64,000 bases of DNA, from contig OZ220089.1 in assembly GCA_964291625.2 (NCBI GenBank), positions 1,440,001 through 1,504,000 on the forward strand, given 5' to 3'. Under the pieces are notes generated by a model. That model was not told the origin of the DNA and searched no databases. It worked only from the letters and a program-made list of their open reading frames with translations. Below are positions 56,096-64,000 of the stretch, in pieces. This DNA comes from Candidatus Latescibacterota bacterium (GTDB lineage: Bacteria; Latescibacterota; UBA2968; UBA8231). The translations under genes were made by a program, and so were the position numbers. Every line of letters begins with the position of its first letter. Within the stretch, counting starts at the first letter, position 1.

Positions 56096-56347
56096 CTACT
56101 GCGTCGCCTCCCGAGACCGTCCGAACAGCGCCTCCCGCAGTCCGTCGAGGACACCCTCGAGGCGCGCCATTCGCTGCTCCAGGGAGTCGAGACGGCTCTC
56201 CATGCCGTCAAGGCGGGTCTCCAGGCGATCCAGCCGTGCATCCAGGCGGTGTATCTCCTCCCGCAGGCTGCGAAGGCTGGCCAAGTGCAGCGCCGCCAGG
56301 GCGACGCCGACGCTCAGGATGCCGATCAACTCAGGGCTCATTGTCAC
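56096..56347 (-). CDS. Small protein with an N-terminal TM helix and heptad coiled coil
   Basis: MSPELIGILSVGVALAAL, then heptads (RLDARLD/RLETRLD/GMESRLD), then RMARLEGVLDGLRE; GAGG Shine-Dalgarno upstream. Confidence 0.75.
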   Translation of the reverse strand: MTMSPELIGILSVGVALAALHLASLRSLREEIHRLDARLDRLETRLDGMESRLDSLEQRMARLEGVLDGLREALFGRSREATQ

Positions 56348-56451
56348 TCGTCCCTCCTCGGGGCGAGGAATATACCGAGCAGAGGGGACCCGAGACAGCG
56401 GAGGGACCCGAGAGTGCCTGGCAACTCATGCCGATCTGCTGGCGACCACCA

Positions 56452-57285
56452 TCAGCCTCGCGAGGGCTCGCCCCGCTCCCGGCGCGCCTGCGCCGACAGC
56501 TCCGGCAGGTGGTCCTGGTTGGCCAGGGGCTGCTCCAGGTGGCGCATGCGCTCGGGGGTGGCCGTGTCGACCATGGCCGGCCCGTAGACCGAGTCGGTGA
56601 GGAAGCGGGAGAAGTTGGCCACCTCCCGGCGCATGATCGGCAGCTCCTCCTCGGTGTGGCGCCGGGTGCAGTTCAGTGTGAACATCCGCCGCCGGTCGCC
56701 GCCGCCCCAGGCCGAGTGCTTGGTCCCCTGGTGGAAGACGACGACGTCGCCGGGCGACGTCTCCACCGCCACCGCCGGCACCCGGTCGCCGGAGACGCCC
56801 CAGGTCTCCTCGGACTCGCGGACGCCCGCCTGCAGCGCCTCGGCGTAGCCCTCGCCGTAGCGGTGGCTGCCCGGGATCACGCGGATGGCGCCGCTGTCGC
56901 GCGTCAGCCGGTCGAGGTAGAAGGCGATCTTGTAGTAGACGATGGGGCGCGGCCAGCCGCCGTCGGAGTGCCAGCCCGTGTCCCCCACGTAGTAGTTGCC
57001 GTCGCTGCCGAGGTAGACGTAGTCGTCCCCCAGCAGGCTGCCCAGGATGCCGTCGATGCGCGGGTCGTCGAGCAGGCTGGAGAGGTACTCGCTCTGCCCA
57101 GCGAAGGGCACGATGCAGGAACGCGCCGTGCCGTCGTGGGGCCGGCCGTCGTGGCCGCCGCCGTGTCCCGCCCAGATCTCCTCGAAGGCGTCGATGACGG
57201 CCTCGATGCGGTCCTCGATGAGGCCGGGGAAGTGGAGGTACCCGAAGGTCTCCATGAAGTTGAGCTGCTGCTGTGTCAGGCGCAT
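56452..57285 (-). CDS. PhyH-family dioxygenase
   Basis: WHSD, IPGSH, PGDVVVFH...KHSAWGG..RR. Confidence 0.9.
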   Translation of the reverse strand: MRLTQQQLNFMETFGYLHFPGLIEDRIEAVIDAFEEIWAGHGGGHDGRPHDGTARSCIVPFAGQSEYLSSLLDDPRIDGILGSLLGDDYVYLGSDGNYYVGDTGWHSDGGWPRPIVYYKIAFYLDRLTRDSGAIRVIPGSHRYGEGYAEALQAGVRESEETWGVSGDRVPAVAVETSPGDVVVFHQGTKHSAWGGGDRRRMFTLNCTRRHTEEELPIMRREVANFSRFLTDSVYGPAMVDTATPERMRHLEQPLANQDHLPELSAQARRERGEPSRG

Positions 57286-57296
57286 GGGGTTCTCCT

Positions 57297-58052
57297 TCAG
57301 CTTTCGTAGGCTTCGTCCCGGGTGCGGGCCTGCCGGCCCGTGCACAGGGCCCGCATCTCCGCCGGCATGCGCGCGAACGTCTCCGGCCAGACCGGCTGGT
57401 GGTTGTTCTCGACCCAGTTGTTGAACCACCTCGGGTAGTAGGCCACGTTGAGGCCGACGCGCACGCTGGAGCCGGAGTTGGAGCGGGCCATGTGGTAGGC
57501 GCCGCCGTGCCACATGAGCAGGCTGCCGGCGGTGCCGGTGACGGTGCGCACGAGGGGGCCGTCCACGTCGAGATCGGGCGGCGGCGACCGCAGGCCGGAA
57601 CGGTGGCTCATGGGCACCACGCCGGTGGCGCCGTTGTCGGTGGTGAAGTCGGTGAGCATCCAGATGGAGTTGATCATCCAGGGCACCCCGGGCAGCTCGT
57701 GGAAGTGCCCGGCCGAGTCGACGTGCAGGGGCTGGTGGGGGGCGCCGGGCCAGGTCGGCTTGGAGCACGCCTCCACCACGCGGCAGCGGGGCCCGAGGAA
57801 GTGCCGGGCCACGGCCACGGCCGCCGGGTGGAAGGCCAGTTGCCAGGTGCGGTCGTCGAGGTTGAGCATGCCGAAGAGGGTCTGGTAGTGCTCGTCGCCG
57901 ACGACGAAGGGCCGGCAGCGTTCCTCGGCGTGCAGCTCCAGGCAGCGCTCCGCCAGGCCGCGGGCCAGCTCGGCGGGCACGAGGCCGGGGAGCAGGCAGT
58001 AGCCGTAGGTGTCCAGGTGCTCGACGGCTTCGGTGGTGTCCGGCGTGGTCAT
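57297..58052 (-). CDS. PhyH-family dioxygenase
   Basis: LHVD, LTDFTTDNGAT, WHGGAYH...R. Confidence 0.9.
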   Translation of the reverse strand: MTTPDTTEAVEHLDTYGYCLLPGLVPAELARGLAERCLELHAEERCRPFVVGDEHYQTLFGMLNLDDRTWQLAFHPAAVAVARHFLGPRCRVVEACSKPTWPGAPHQPLHVDSAGHFHELPGVPWMINSIWMLTDFTTDNGATGVVPMSHRSGLRSPPPDLDVDGPLVRTVTGTAGSLLMWHGGAYHMARSNSGSSVRVGLNVAYYPRWFNNWVENNHQPVWPETFARMPAEMRALCTGRQARTRDEAYES

Positions 58053-58223
58053 GGCGCGAGGGTAGTCAACCGCCCGGGGCGGGGGCAAGGGACCGCCCGG
58101 GAGCGCCGCCCTCTTGCACGCTCGGGGCGGAGCGGGTATGGAGGTCGGCGGACAGTTGCGGCAGCCTCCCGGAGGACCGATACCCCGGCGGCGGTCGGAG
58201 GCGCCGACTCAGGCGATGTGGGG

Positions 58224-59789
58224 CTACCGTTCGGCTGACCGCTTGCGCTGCGCGCTCATGCCGCGAACCAGACTGAAGCCGAGCAGCAGCAGCACGACGG
58301 CGAAGGGCAGACCTGTGGTCACCACCGCCGTCTGCAATGCCAGCAGCCCTCCACCCATGAGCAACACGGCGGCGACGACGCCCTCCATGGAAGCCCAGAA
58401 CACCCTCTGGATCCGCGGCGGATCCAGATGGCCGCCGGCGGTGATGATGTCTACGACGAGGGAGGCCGAATCCGAGGAGGTAACGAAGAAGGTGATGACG
58501 ATGCACACCGCGAGCGTCACGGTGAGCGAGGTCAGTGGATAGTGTTCGAGCAGCTGAAAGAGGGCAACCGCCACGTCTTCCTTCACAGCCGCGGCGATGC
58601 CGCCCGCGCCAAAGAGCTCGACGTGCAGTGCCGCATTCCCGAACACGGTCAGCCAGACGCAGGTGGCCAGGGTGGGTACCAGCAGGATGGCACCGACGAA
58701 TTCGCGCACTGTGCGGCCGCGCGACACACGGGCGACGAACATCCCGACAAACGGAGACCAGGCGATCCACCAGGCCCAGTAGAAGAGGGTCCAGCCATGC
58801 TGCCAGCCTGTGTTGCGGTAAGCCTCGGTCCAGAGGCTCAGCCGGGGCAGCTTCTGCATGTAGATGCCGAAGTTCTGCACGAGGGCATCGAGGAGGTAAC
58901 GCGTGGGGCCCGCCGCCACGACGAACAGCAGCAACAGGCAGGCCATGATGACGTTGAGTTGACTCAGGCGTCGGATTCCCCGGTCGACGCCGAGGACCAC
59001 GGAGATCGTCGCCATGGCCGTGATTCCGGCGATCAGACCGACCTGCACCGTCACGCTTTGCGGGATGTCGAAGAGGTAGGCGAACCCGGCGTTGACCTGT
59101 TGCGCACCCAGCCCCAGCGACGTGGCCAGGCCGAAGATCGTCGCCAGCGTCGCCAGAATGTCGATCGCGTCCCCGGCCAGACCGTGGATGTGCTTCCCCA
59201 GCAGCGGGTAGAAAGTGGCGCGCACCGTCAGCGGCAGGCCGCGGTTGTAGGTGAAGTAGGCCAGGGCCAGGGCCATCAGACCGTAGAGACCCCAGGCGTG
59301 AAATCCCCAGTGGAAGAAGGTGATGCCCATGGCCAGGCGGGCGGCCTCGGCCGTATGCGGCTCCCCCCACGGGGGGCTGCCGAAATGGTAGATGGGCTCG
59401 GCGACACTCCAGAACATCAACCCGATGCCCATGCCGGCGCTGAAGAGCATCGACAGCCAGCCCCAGTAACTGAAGTCGGGGCGCGCCTCGTCGCCGCCCA
59501 GACGAATGCGGCCGTGGCGGCTGAACAGGAAGAACAGGACGATGGCCAGATAGACGTTCACACAGAGGACGAAGAACCATCCGGCGCTCGCCGTGATGAA
59601 CTCGAGGACAGCGTCGAAGACCTCGGTCATCCCGCCCAGGTTCAGCAGACTGAAGGCGACGAAGAGAACCACCAGGGCCGCCGCCGCCCAGAAGACGGTC
59701 CGGTTCATCTCGAGACCGAGGCCGTTCTGTCCCCCGGGCTTCGAGGGGTCTGACGGCGAACCGCTGATTCGATCGCCCAACTCGGACAT
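58224..59789 (-). CDS. BCCT family (betaine/carnitine/choline) transporter
   Basis: MLFSAGMGIGLMFW, FHWGFHAW, WTLFYWAWWIAWSPFVGMF, TSSDS. Confidence 0.93.
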   Translation of the reverse strand: MSELGDRISGSPSDPSKPGGQNGLGLEMNRTVFWAAAALVVLFVAFSLLNLGGMTEVFDAVLEFITASAGWFFVLCVNVYLAIVLFFLFSRHGRIRLGGDEARPDFSYWGWLSMLFSAGMGIGLMFWSVAEPIYHFGSPPWGEPHTAEAARLAMGITFFHWGFHAWGLYGLMALALAYFTYNRGLPLTVRATFYPLLGKHIHGLAGDAIDILATLATIFGLATSLGLGAQQVNAGFAYLFDIPQSVTVQVGLIAGITAMATISVVLGVDRGIRRLSQLNVIMACLLLLFVVAAGPTRYLLDALVQNFGIYMQKLPRLSLWTEAYRNTGWQHGWTLFYWAWWIAWSPFVGMFVARVSRGRTVREFVGAILLVPTLATCVWLTVFGNAALHVELFGAGGIAAAVKEDVAVALFQLLEHYPLTSLTVTLAVCIVITFFVTSSDSASLVVDIITAGGHLDPPRIQRVFWASMEGVVAAVLLMGGGLLALQTAVVTTGLPFAVVLLLLGFSLVRGMSAQRKRSAER

Positions 59790-59931
59790 CTCTCAGAATG
59801 TATACACCATCCGATCCGGACACGAGTTGGACCCCCAGGTCCTCGACGGGCACGAGGGACCGCCCGAGAGCGCAGCCCGTTGCCGGCCGGCGCGGGTTGG
59901 GGTATCGTGAGGACGACCGGCAAGACAGCCC

Positions 59932-60882
59932 ATGAGCCTGACACAACCACAGCGGCAGCACTACGACGAGCACGGATACGTCGTGGTCGAGGGCGGACTG
60001 ACCGCCGGCGACCTGGCCCCGGTGATCGCCGCCTACGAGGGCTTCATCGACACCGAGGCGCGCCGCCTGCACGCGGCCGGCGTGCTGCCGCGGCCGTGGG
60101 AGGAGGAGCCCTTCCACCGCCGCCTCGCCCGGATCTGCGAGCACGAGACGAGCATCTACGACCGCATCGACCTGATGTACTGCCGGCTGCGGGGCGTCTT
60201 CCGGTTCCTGCGCAACGGGCGGCTGCTCGACCTCGTGGAGGGGATCGTCGGCCCCGAGATCACCTGCAGCCCCATCCAGCACGCCCGGGCCAAGCTCCCG
60301 GAGTCGGTGCGGCCGGCCGCGGACGACGAGGAGTCCCGCCGCAAGCGGGACGCCATGGTGGGCGAGAACGTGGCTCCCTGGCACCAGGACGCCCAGGTGC
60401 ACCTGGAGGCCGCCGACCCGCACGCCATCGTCACCGTCTGGGTCCCCCTGGTCGACGCCACCCCGGACAACGGCTGCCTGCAGGTGATCCCCGGCGTGCA
60501 CCGGAAGCGCCGCGTCTACTGGGGCGAGGGCTTCGGCGTCAGCGACGAGCACCTGCCCGCGGGCGAGGCCGTCACCCTGCCGATGCGCGCCGGCGACGTG
60601 CTGCTCATGGACAAGCTGATCCCCCACCGCTCCACCCCGAACCGCACCGGCGGCATCCGCTGGAGCCTCGACCTGCGCTACCAGCGCGCCGGCACCCCCA
60701 CCGGCCGCGACGACTACCCGGCCTTCATCGCCCGCAGCCGCGCGTGCCCGGCCTCGGAGCTGACCGACTTCGAGCAGTGGCGCCGCCAGTGGGTGGCGGC
60801 CCTGGAGCGGATCCCCCTGGACCAGCGGCGGCGGCGCCAGGACCGCCCCACCGAGCCGCGGGCGATCGAGATCCGGCCGTGA
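59932..60882 (+). CDS. PhyH-family dioxygenase
   Basis: WHQD, DATPDNGCLQVIPG, PHRS..N...RWSLDLRY. Confidence 0.9.
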   Translation: MSLTQPQRQHYDEHGYVVVEGGLTAGDLAPVIAAYEGFIDTEARRLHAAGVLPRPWEEEPFHRRLARICEHETSIYDRIDLMYCRLRGVFRFLRNGRLLDLVEGIVGPEITCSPIQHARAKLPESVRPAADDEESRRKRDAMVGENVAPWHQDAQVHLEAADPHAIVTVWVPLVDATPDNGCLQVIPGVHRKRRVYWGEGFGVSDEHLPAGEAVTLPMRAGDVLLMDKLIPHRSTPNRTGGIRWSLDLRYQRAGTPTGRDDYPAFIARSRACPASELTDFEQWRRQWVAALERIPLDQRRRRQDRPTEPRAIEIRP

Positions 60883-61532
60883 GCGAGCCCCGCCTGCTGC
60901 TGATCTCCGGCTCCTTCGAGTACGACTCGGAGGAGTCCCTGGTCATCCTGCGGGACTACCTGCTGGCCAACGCCCCCTGGTCCTGCGAGCTGCTGGTCTT
61001 CCAAAGCGAGGCGGACGCCGTCTCCCTCGAGCCGCTGGAGAGCGCCGACGCCGTGGTGCTCTTCACGCGGCGGCTGCTGACCGACGGCGCCGAGCTGGAG
61101 CGCTTCCAACGCTACTGCCGGGACGGCCGGCCCGTGGTCGGCCTGCGCACCGCCAGCCACGCCTTCCAGCGCTGGCTCGAGTTCGATGCGGAGGTCCTCG
61201 GCGGCCACTACGAGGGGCACTTCGGCGCCGGCGAGATCACCCGGGTGACCGCGGCCGACGGCGCCGGGGACCACCCGGTCCTGGAGGAGGTGGAGCCCTT
61301 CGAGGCCTACGGCTCCCTCTACCGGAACACGCCGCTGGCGGCGGACACGACGACCCTGCTCATCGGCCGCGAGGGCGAGCACTGCGAGCCGGTGGCCTGG
61401 ACCTGCGAGCGCGCCGGACGGGCCTTCTACACCTCCCTCGGCCACCAGCGCGACTTCTGGGAGCTGGACTACCTGCGCCTGGTGCGCAACGGCATCGCCT
61501 GGGCCCTGGGTCAGGCGAGCACGCCCCGGTAG
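60879..61532 (+). CDS. ThuA-like (glutamine-amidotransferase-fold) domain protein
   Basis: VVGLRTASHAF, LGGHYEGH, PVAW, FYTSLGH; GTG start overlaps the upstream TGA. Confidence 0.85.
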   Translation: MSEPRLLLISGSFEYDSEESLVILRDYLLANAPWSCELLVFQSEADAVSLEPLESADAVVLFTRRLLTDGAELERFQRYCRDGRPVVGLRTASHAFQRWLEFDAEVLGGHYEGHFGAGEITRVTAADGAGDHPVLEEVEPFEAYGSLYRNTPLAADTTTLLIGREGEHCEPVAWTCERAGRAFYTSLGHQRDFWELDYLRLVRNGIAWALGQASTPR

Positions 61533-62758
61533 ATCCGCTCCGCGTCCCCGGCCGTCACCTCCACCGGGTTCGGGTCGAGGAGGCGGCGCACCTGCAGGGC
61601 CACCTCGATCATGCGCGGCAGGTCGTCCTCGCCGAGGCCGGCGTCGCTCAGGGTTGCGAAGGGCGTGTGGCGGCGGCGCACGTCGTCGATCCAGCCGGCC
61701 GCCAGGCGCGCCCCCTCCTCGCGGCTCTTGCCCCCTAGGTCCAGCCCGGCGGCGCCGGCGGCGTAGTAGTACTTGTCGGCCGCGGCCGGGGCGTTGTGCT
61801 CCATCACCCCCGGCAGGACCAGGGCCACGGCGGTGCCGTGGGGCACGGGCCGGCCCTTCTCGTGGGAGAGCTTCTCGATGCCGTAGCCGAGGGCGTGGGC
61901 GGCGCCGGTGTTGATCGGGCTCAGCAGCAGGCCGGCCAGCAGGCTGCAGCGGCACATCTGGAGGCGCGCCTCGGGATCGGCGGCGCCCTTCGCGATGGCC
62001 CGCGGCAGGTGGGGCATCCCCGCCGCCAGGGAGGCCCGGGCCACGGCGTCGCCCAGGGGGCCGCTCTTCTTCGAGGCCGTGCACTCCAGGGCGTGGCCGA
62101 GGGCGTCGAGGCCGGTGGTGGCCGTCAGGCCCGGGGGCATGCCCGCCGACAGGCGCGGGTCGACGATGGCCGCGGCGGGATGGAGGTGCTCGGAGTAGAC
62201 GGCCTGCTTGCCGCCCTCGGCCACGACCACGGAGACGCAGCTCGCCTCGGCCCCGGTGCCGGCGGTGGTGGGCAGGCAGACCAGGGGCCCGCGCGGCCCC
62301 CGCTCGAAGAGGTCGAAGCCGAAGTAGTCGGCGGTGGAGCCGCCGTTGGCGGCCACGCACAGACCGACCTTGGCGGTGTCCATGGTGCTGCCGCCGCCGA
62401 TGGCGACCACCGCCTCGGCGCCGCTGCGGTCCGCGGCTTCGGCCAGGGCGTCGACGGAGGCCACCGTCGGGTTGGGCACGATGCCGGTGAAGGTGGCGGC
62501 GATGCGGAGGCCCGCCTCCCGCAGCCCCTCGACCACCGGCGCCGCCACCGCCTCCAGGGCGGCGTCGTGGACGACCATCACCGACCCCGCGCCGAGGCGC
62601 CGGCACTCCTCCGGCAGCCGGCTGGCCGCCCCCTCCCCGAGCAGCAGCCGCCGCCGCTCGAAGCCGAAGATCTCCCTCATCTCCTCCCGGCGCTCGTCGG
62701 TGGCGAAGTACTCCTCGTGCTCCAGCAACTGCTCGTTCACCAGCGGTTCCGTGCTCAC
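61511..62758 (-). CDS. Iron-containing alcohol dehydrogenase
   Basis: GGGSTMDTAK, PTTAGTGAE, DALGHALE, AAHAL, PHG. Confidence 0.92.
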   Translation of the reverse strand: MSTEPLVNEQLLEHEEYFATDERREEMREIFGFERRRLLLGEGAASRLPEECRRLGAGSVMVVHDAALEAVAAPVVEGLREAGLRIAATFTGIVPNPTVASVDALAEAADRSGAEAVVAIGGGSTMDTAKVGLCVAANGGSTADYFGFDLFERGPRGPLVCLPTTAGTGAEASCVSVVVAEGGKQAVYSEHLHPAAAIVDPRLSAGMPPGLTATTGLDALGHALECTASKKSGPLGDAVARASLAAGMPHLPRAIAKGAADPEARLQMCRCSLLAGLLLSPINTGAAHALGYGIEKLSHEKGRPVPHGTAVALVLPGVMEHNAPAAADKYYYAAGAAGLDLGGKSREEGARLAAGWIDDVRRRHTPFATLSDAGLGEDDLPRMIEVALQVRRLLDPNPVEVTAGDAERIYRGVLA

Positions 62759-62830
62759 CTTCCTCCTCCTTTCCCTGCGCATCCCCGGCGCCTATACTCG
62801 CCGTGCTCACCCCATCGCAGGAGCTTCCCC

Positions 62831-63586
62831 ATGACCGTCACCACCACCGACCTGGCCGCCGCGTACCAGCGCGACGGCTTCGTCACCCGGCTCGACATCT
62901 TCACCGAGCCCGAGATCGCCGCCTTCCGCGCCCAGTTCGACGAGCTCGAGGCCCGCGAAGGCCGGGAGGAGTGCCAGATCGGCCTCCAGGGCCGGCACTT
63001 CGACGAGGAGTTCATCTGGCAGATGGCCTCCGACTCGCGCATCGTCGAGCCGATGGCGGCCTGCATGGGCGACGACATCATGCTGCTGTCCACCCACTTC
63101 TTCTGCAAGTACCCGGACCCCGAATCGACGAAGTTCGTCGCCTGGCACCAGGACATCACCTACTGGGGGCTCGAGCCGCCCGAGGCCCACACCGCCTGGA
63201 TCGCCGTGGACGACGCCGACGTGGAGAACGGCTGCATGCAGGTCATCCCCGGCTCCCACCGCGACGGCATCGCCGAGCACGGCACCTCCGACCGCGGCGG
63301 CAACCTGCTGAGCATCAACCAGGAGATCCCCGACGAGCTGGTCGACTCGAGCCAGGCGGTCCCGCTGGAGCTGAAGGCCGGGCAGATCTCCATCCACAAC
63401 GGCCAGCTCTTCCACGCCAGCCAGCCGAACCTCTCGCGGCGGCGGCGCTGCGGCCTCACGGTGCGCTACATCCCGCCCGAGGCCCGCCAGGTGCGCCCCA
63501 ACTCGGTGGGCCTCGACTGGCGCCCGGTCCTGCTGCGGGGCGAGGACGCCTTCCACCACTACCCCGACACGCCGGCGCCCTTCTGA
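62831..63586 (+). CDS. PhyH-family dioxygenase
   Basis: FFCKYP, WHQDITYW, ENGCMQVIPGSH, FHASQPN..RRR. Confidence 0.92.
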   Translation: MTVTTTDLAAAYQRDGFVTRLDIFTEPEIAAFRAQFDELEAREGREECQIGLQGRHFDEEFIWQMASDSRIVEPMAACMGDDIMLLSTHFFCKYPDPESTKFVAWHQDITYWGLEPPEAHTAWIAVDDADVENGCMQVIPGSHRDGIAEHGTSDRGGNLLSINQEIPDELVDSSQAVPLELKAGQISIHNGQLFHASQPNLSRRRRCGLTVRYIPPEARQVRPNSVGLDWRPVLLRGEDAFHHYPDTPAPF

Positions 63587-64000
63587 TGGCCCGCTACGAC
63601 CGCATGACCGTCCTCGGCGCCATGGGCGACATCGGCGTCGTGCCCGTGTTCTACAACAAGGACCCCCAGGCCGCCATCGACATCATCAGGGCCTGCGCCG
63701 ACGGCGGCGCCCGCTGCGTCGAGTTCACCAACCGCGGCGACCTCGCCTGGAAGGTCTTCGTCGAGGCCATGGAGCGCCTCGTGGCCGAGGACCTCGACAT
63801 CATCCTCGGCGTCGGCTCCATCGTCGACACGGCCACGGCCGGCCTCTACATCTCCAGCGGCGCCGACTTCGTCGTCGGCCCCCTCCTCAACCCCGAGGTC
63901 GCCCGCCTCTGCAACCGCCGCAAGGTCGCCTACTCCCCCGGCTGCGGCACCGTCTCCGAGATCGCCCAGGCCGAGGAGCTGGGGGTGGAGATCGTCAAGG
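63586..64000 (+). CDS. eda: KHG/KDPG aldolase, truncated by the window edge
   Basis: Manual translation MARYDRMTV...VVPVFY...EFTNRG...LGVGSIVD...GADFVVGP...PGCGTVSEI. Confidence 0.88.
   Translation, partial: MARYDRMTVLGAMGDIGVVPVFYNKDPQAAIDIIRACADGGARCVEFTNRGDLAWKVFVEAMERLVAEDLDIILGVGSIVDTATAGLYISSGADFVVGPLLNPEVARLCNRRKVAYSPGCGTVSEIAQAEELGVEIVK

Overview
This is a gene-dense, high-GC bacterial window of about 60 CDSs. I found no rRNA, tRNA, CRISPR array, integrase or transposase. The content points to an FCB-related bacterium (Latescibacterota/Gemmatimonadota-like), possibly a sponge symbiont; this is inference from seven PhyH-family Fe/2OG dioxygenases, Gfo/Idh/MocA and TIM-barrel sugar enzymes, and two LRR proteins with FlgD/T9SS-like tails. 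Other content includes a yejABEF-type ABC transporter, a divergent citrate synthase / HTH-citrate synthase pair, and three intact TA pairs (HigBA, VapBC, MntA-HepT). Candidate defence genes are an edge AAA ATPase, an AlbA_2-HATPase plus ParA-like pair, and an HNH nuclease. The most interesting signals are: (1) a two-state, RBS-sequestering leader upstream of a Clp_N-domain gene (38114-38246); (2) two LRR paralogues with near-identical constant ends around variable 24-aa repeat arrays; (3) degenerate tandem copies of signal-peptide DNA in front of two secreted proteins; (4) a PhyH enzyme with HxG instead of HxD, a halogenase-like signature; and (5) several decayed TA and other gene scars. All family assignments are from motif recognition by eye, with no database searches. 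Several starts were moved from the ORF track to more plausible codons.
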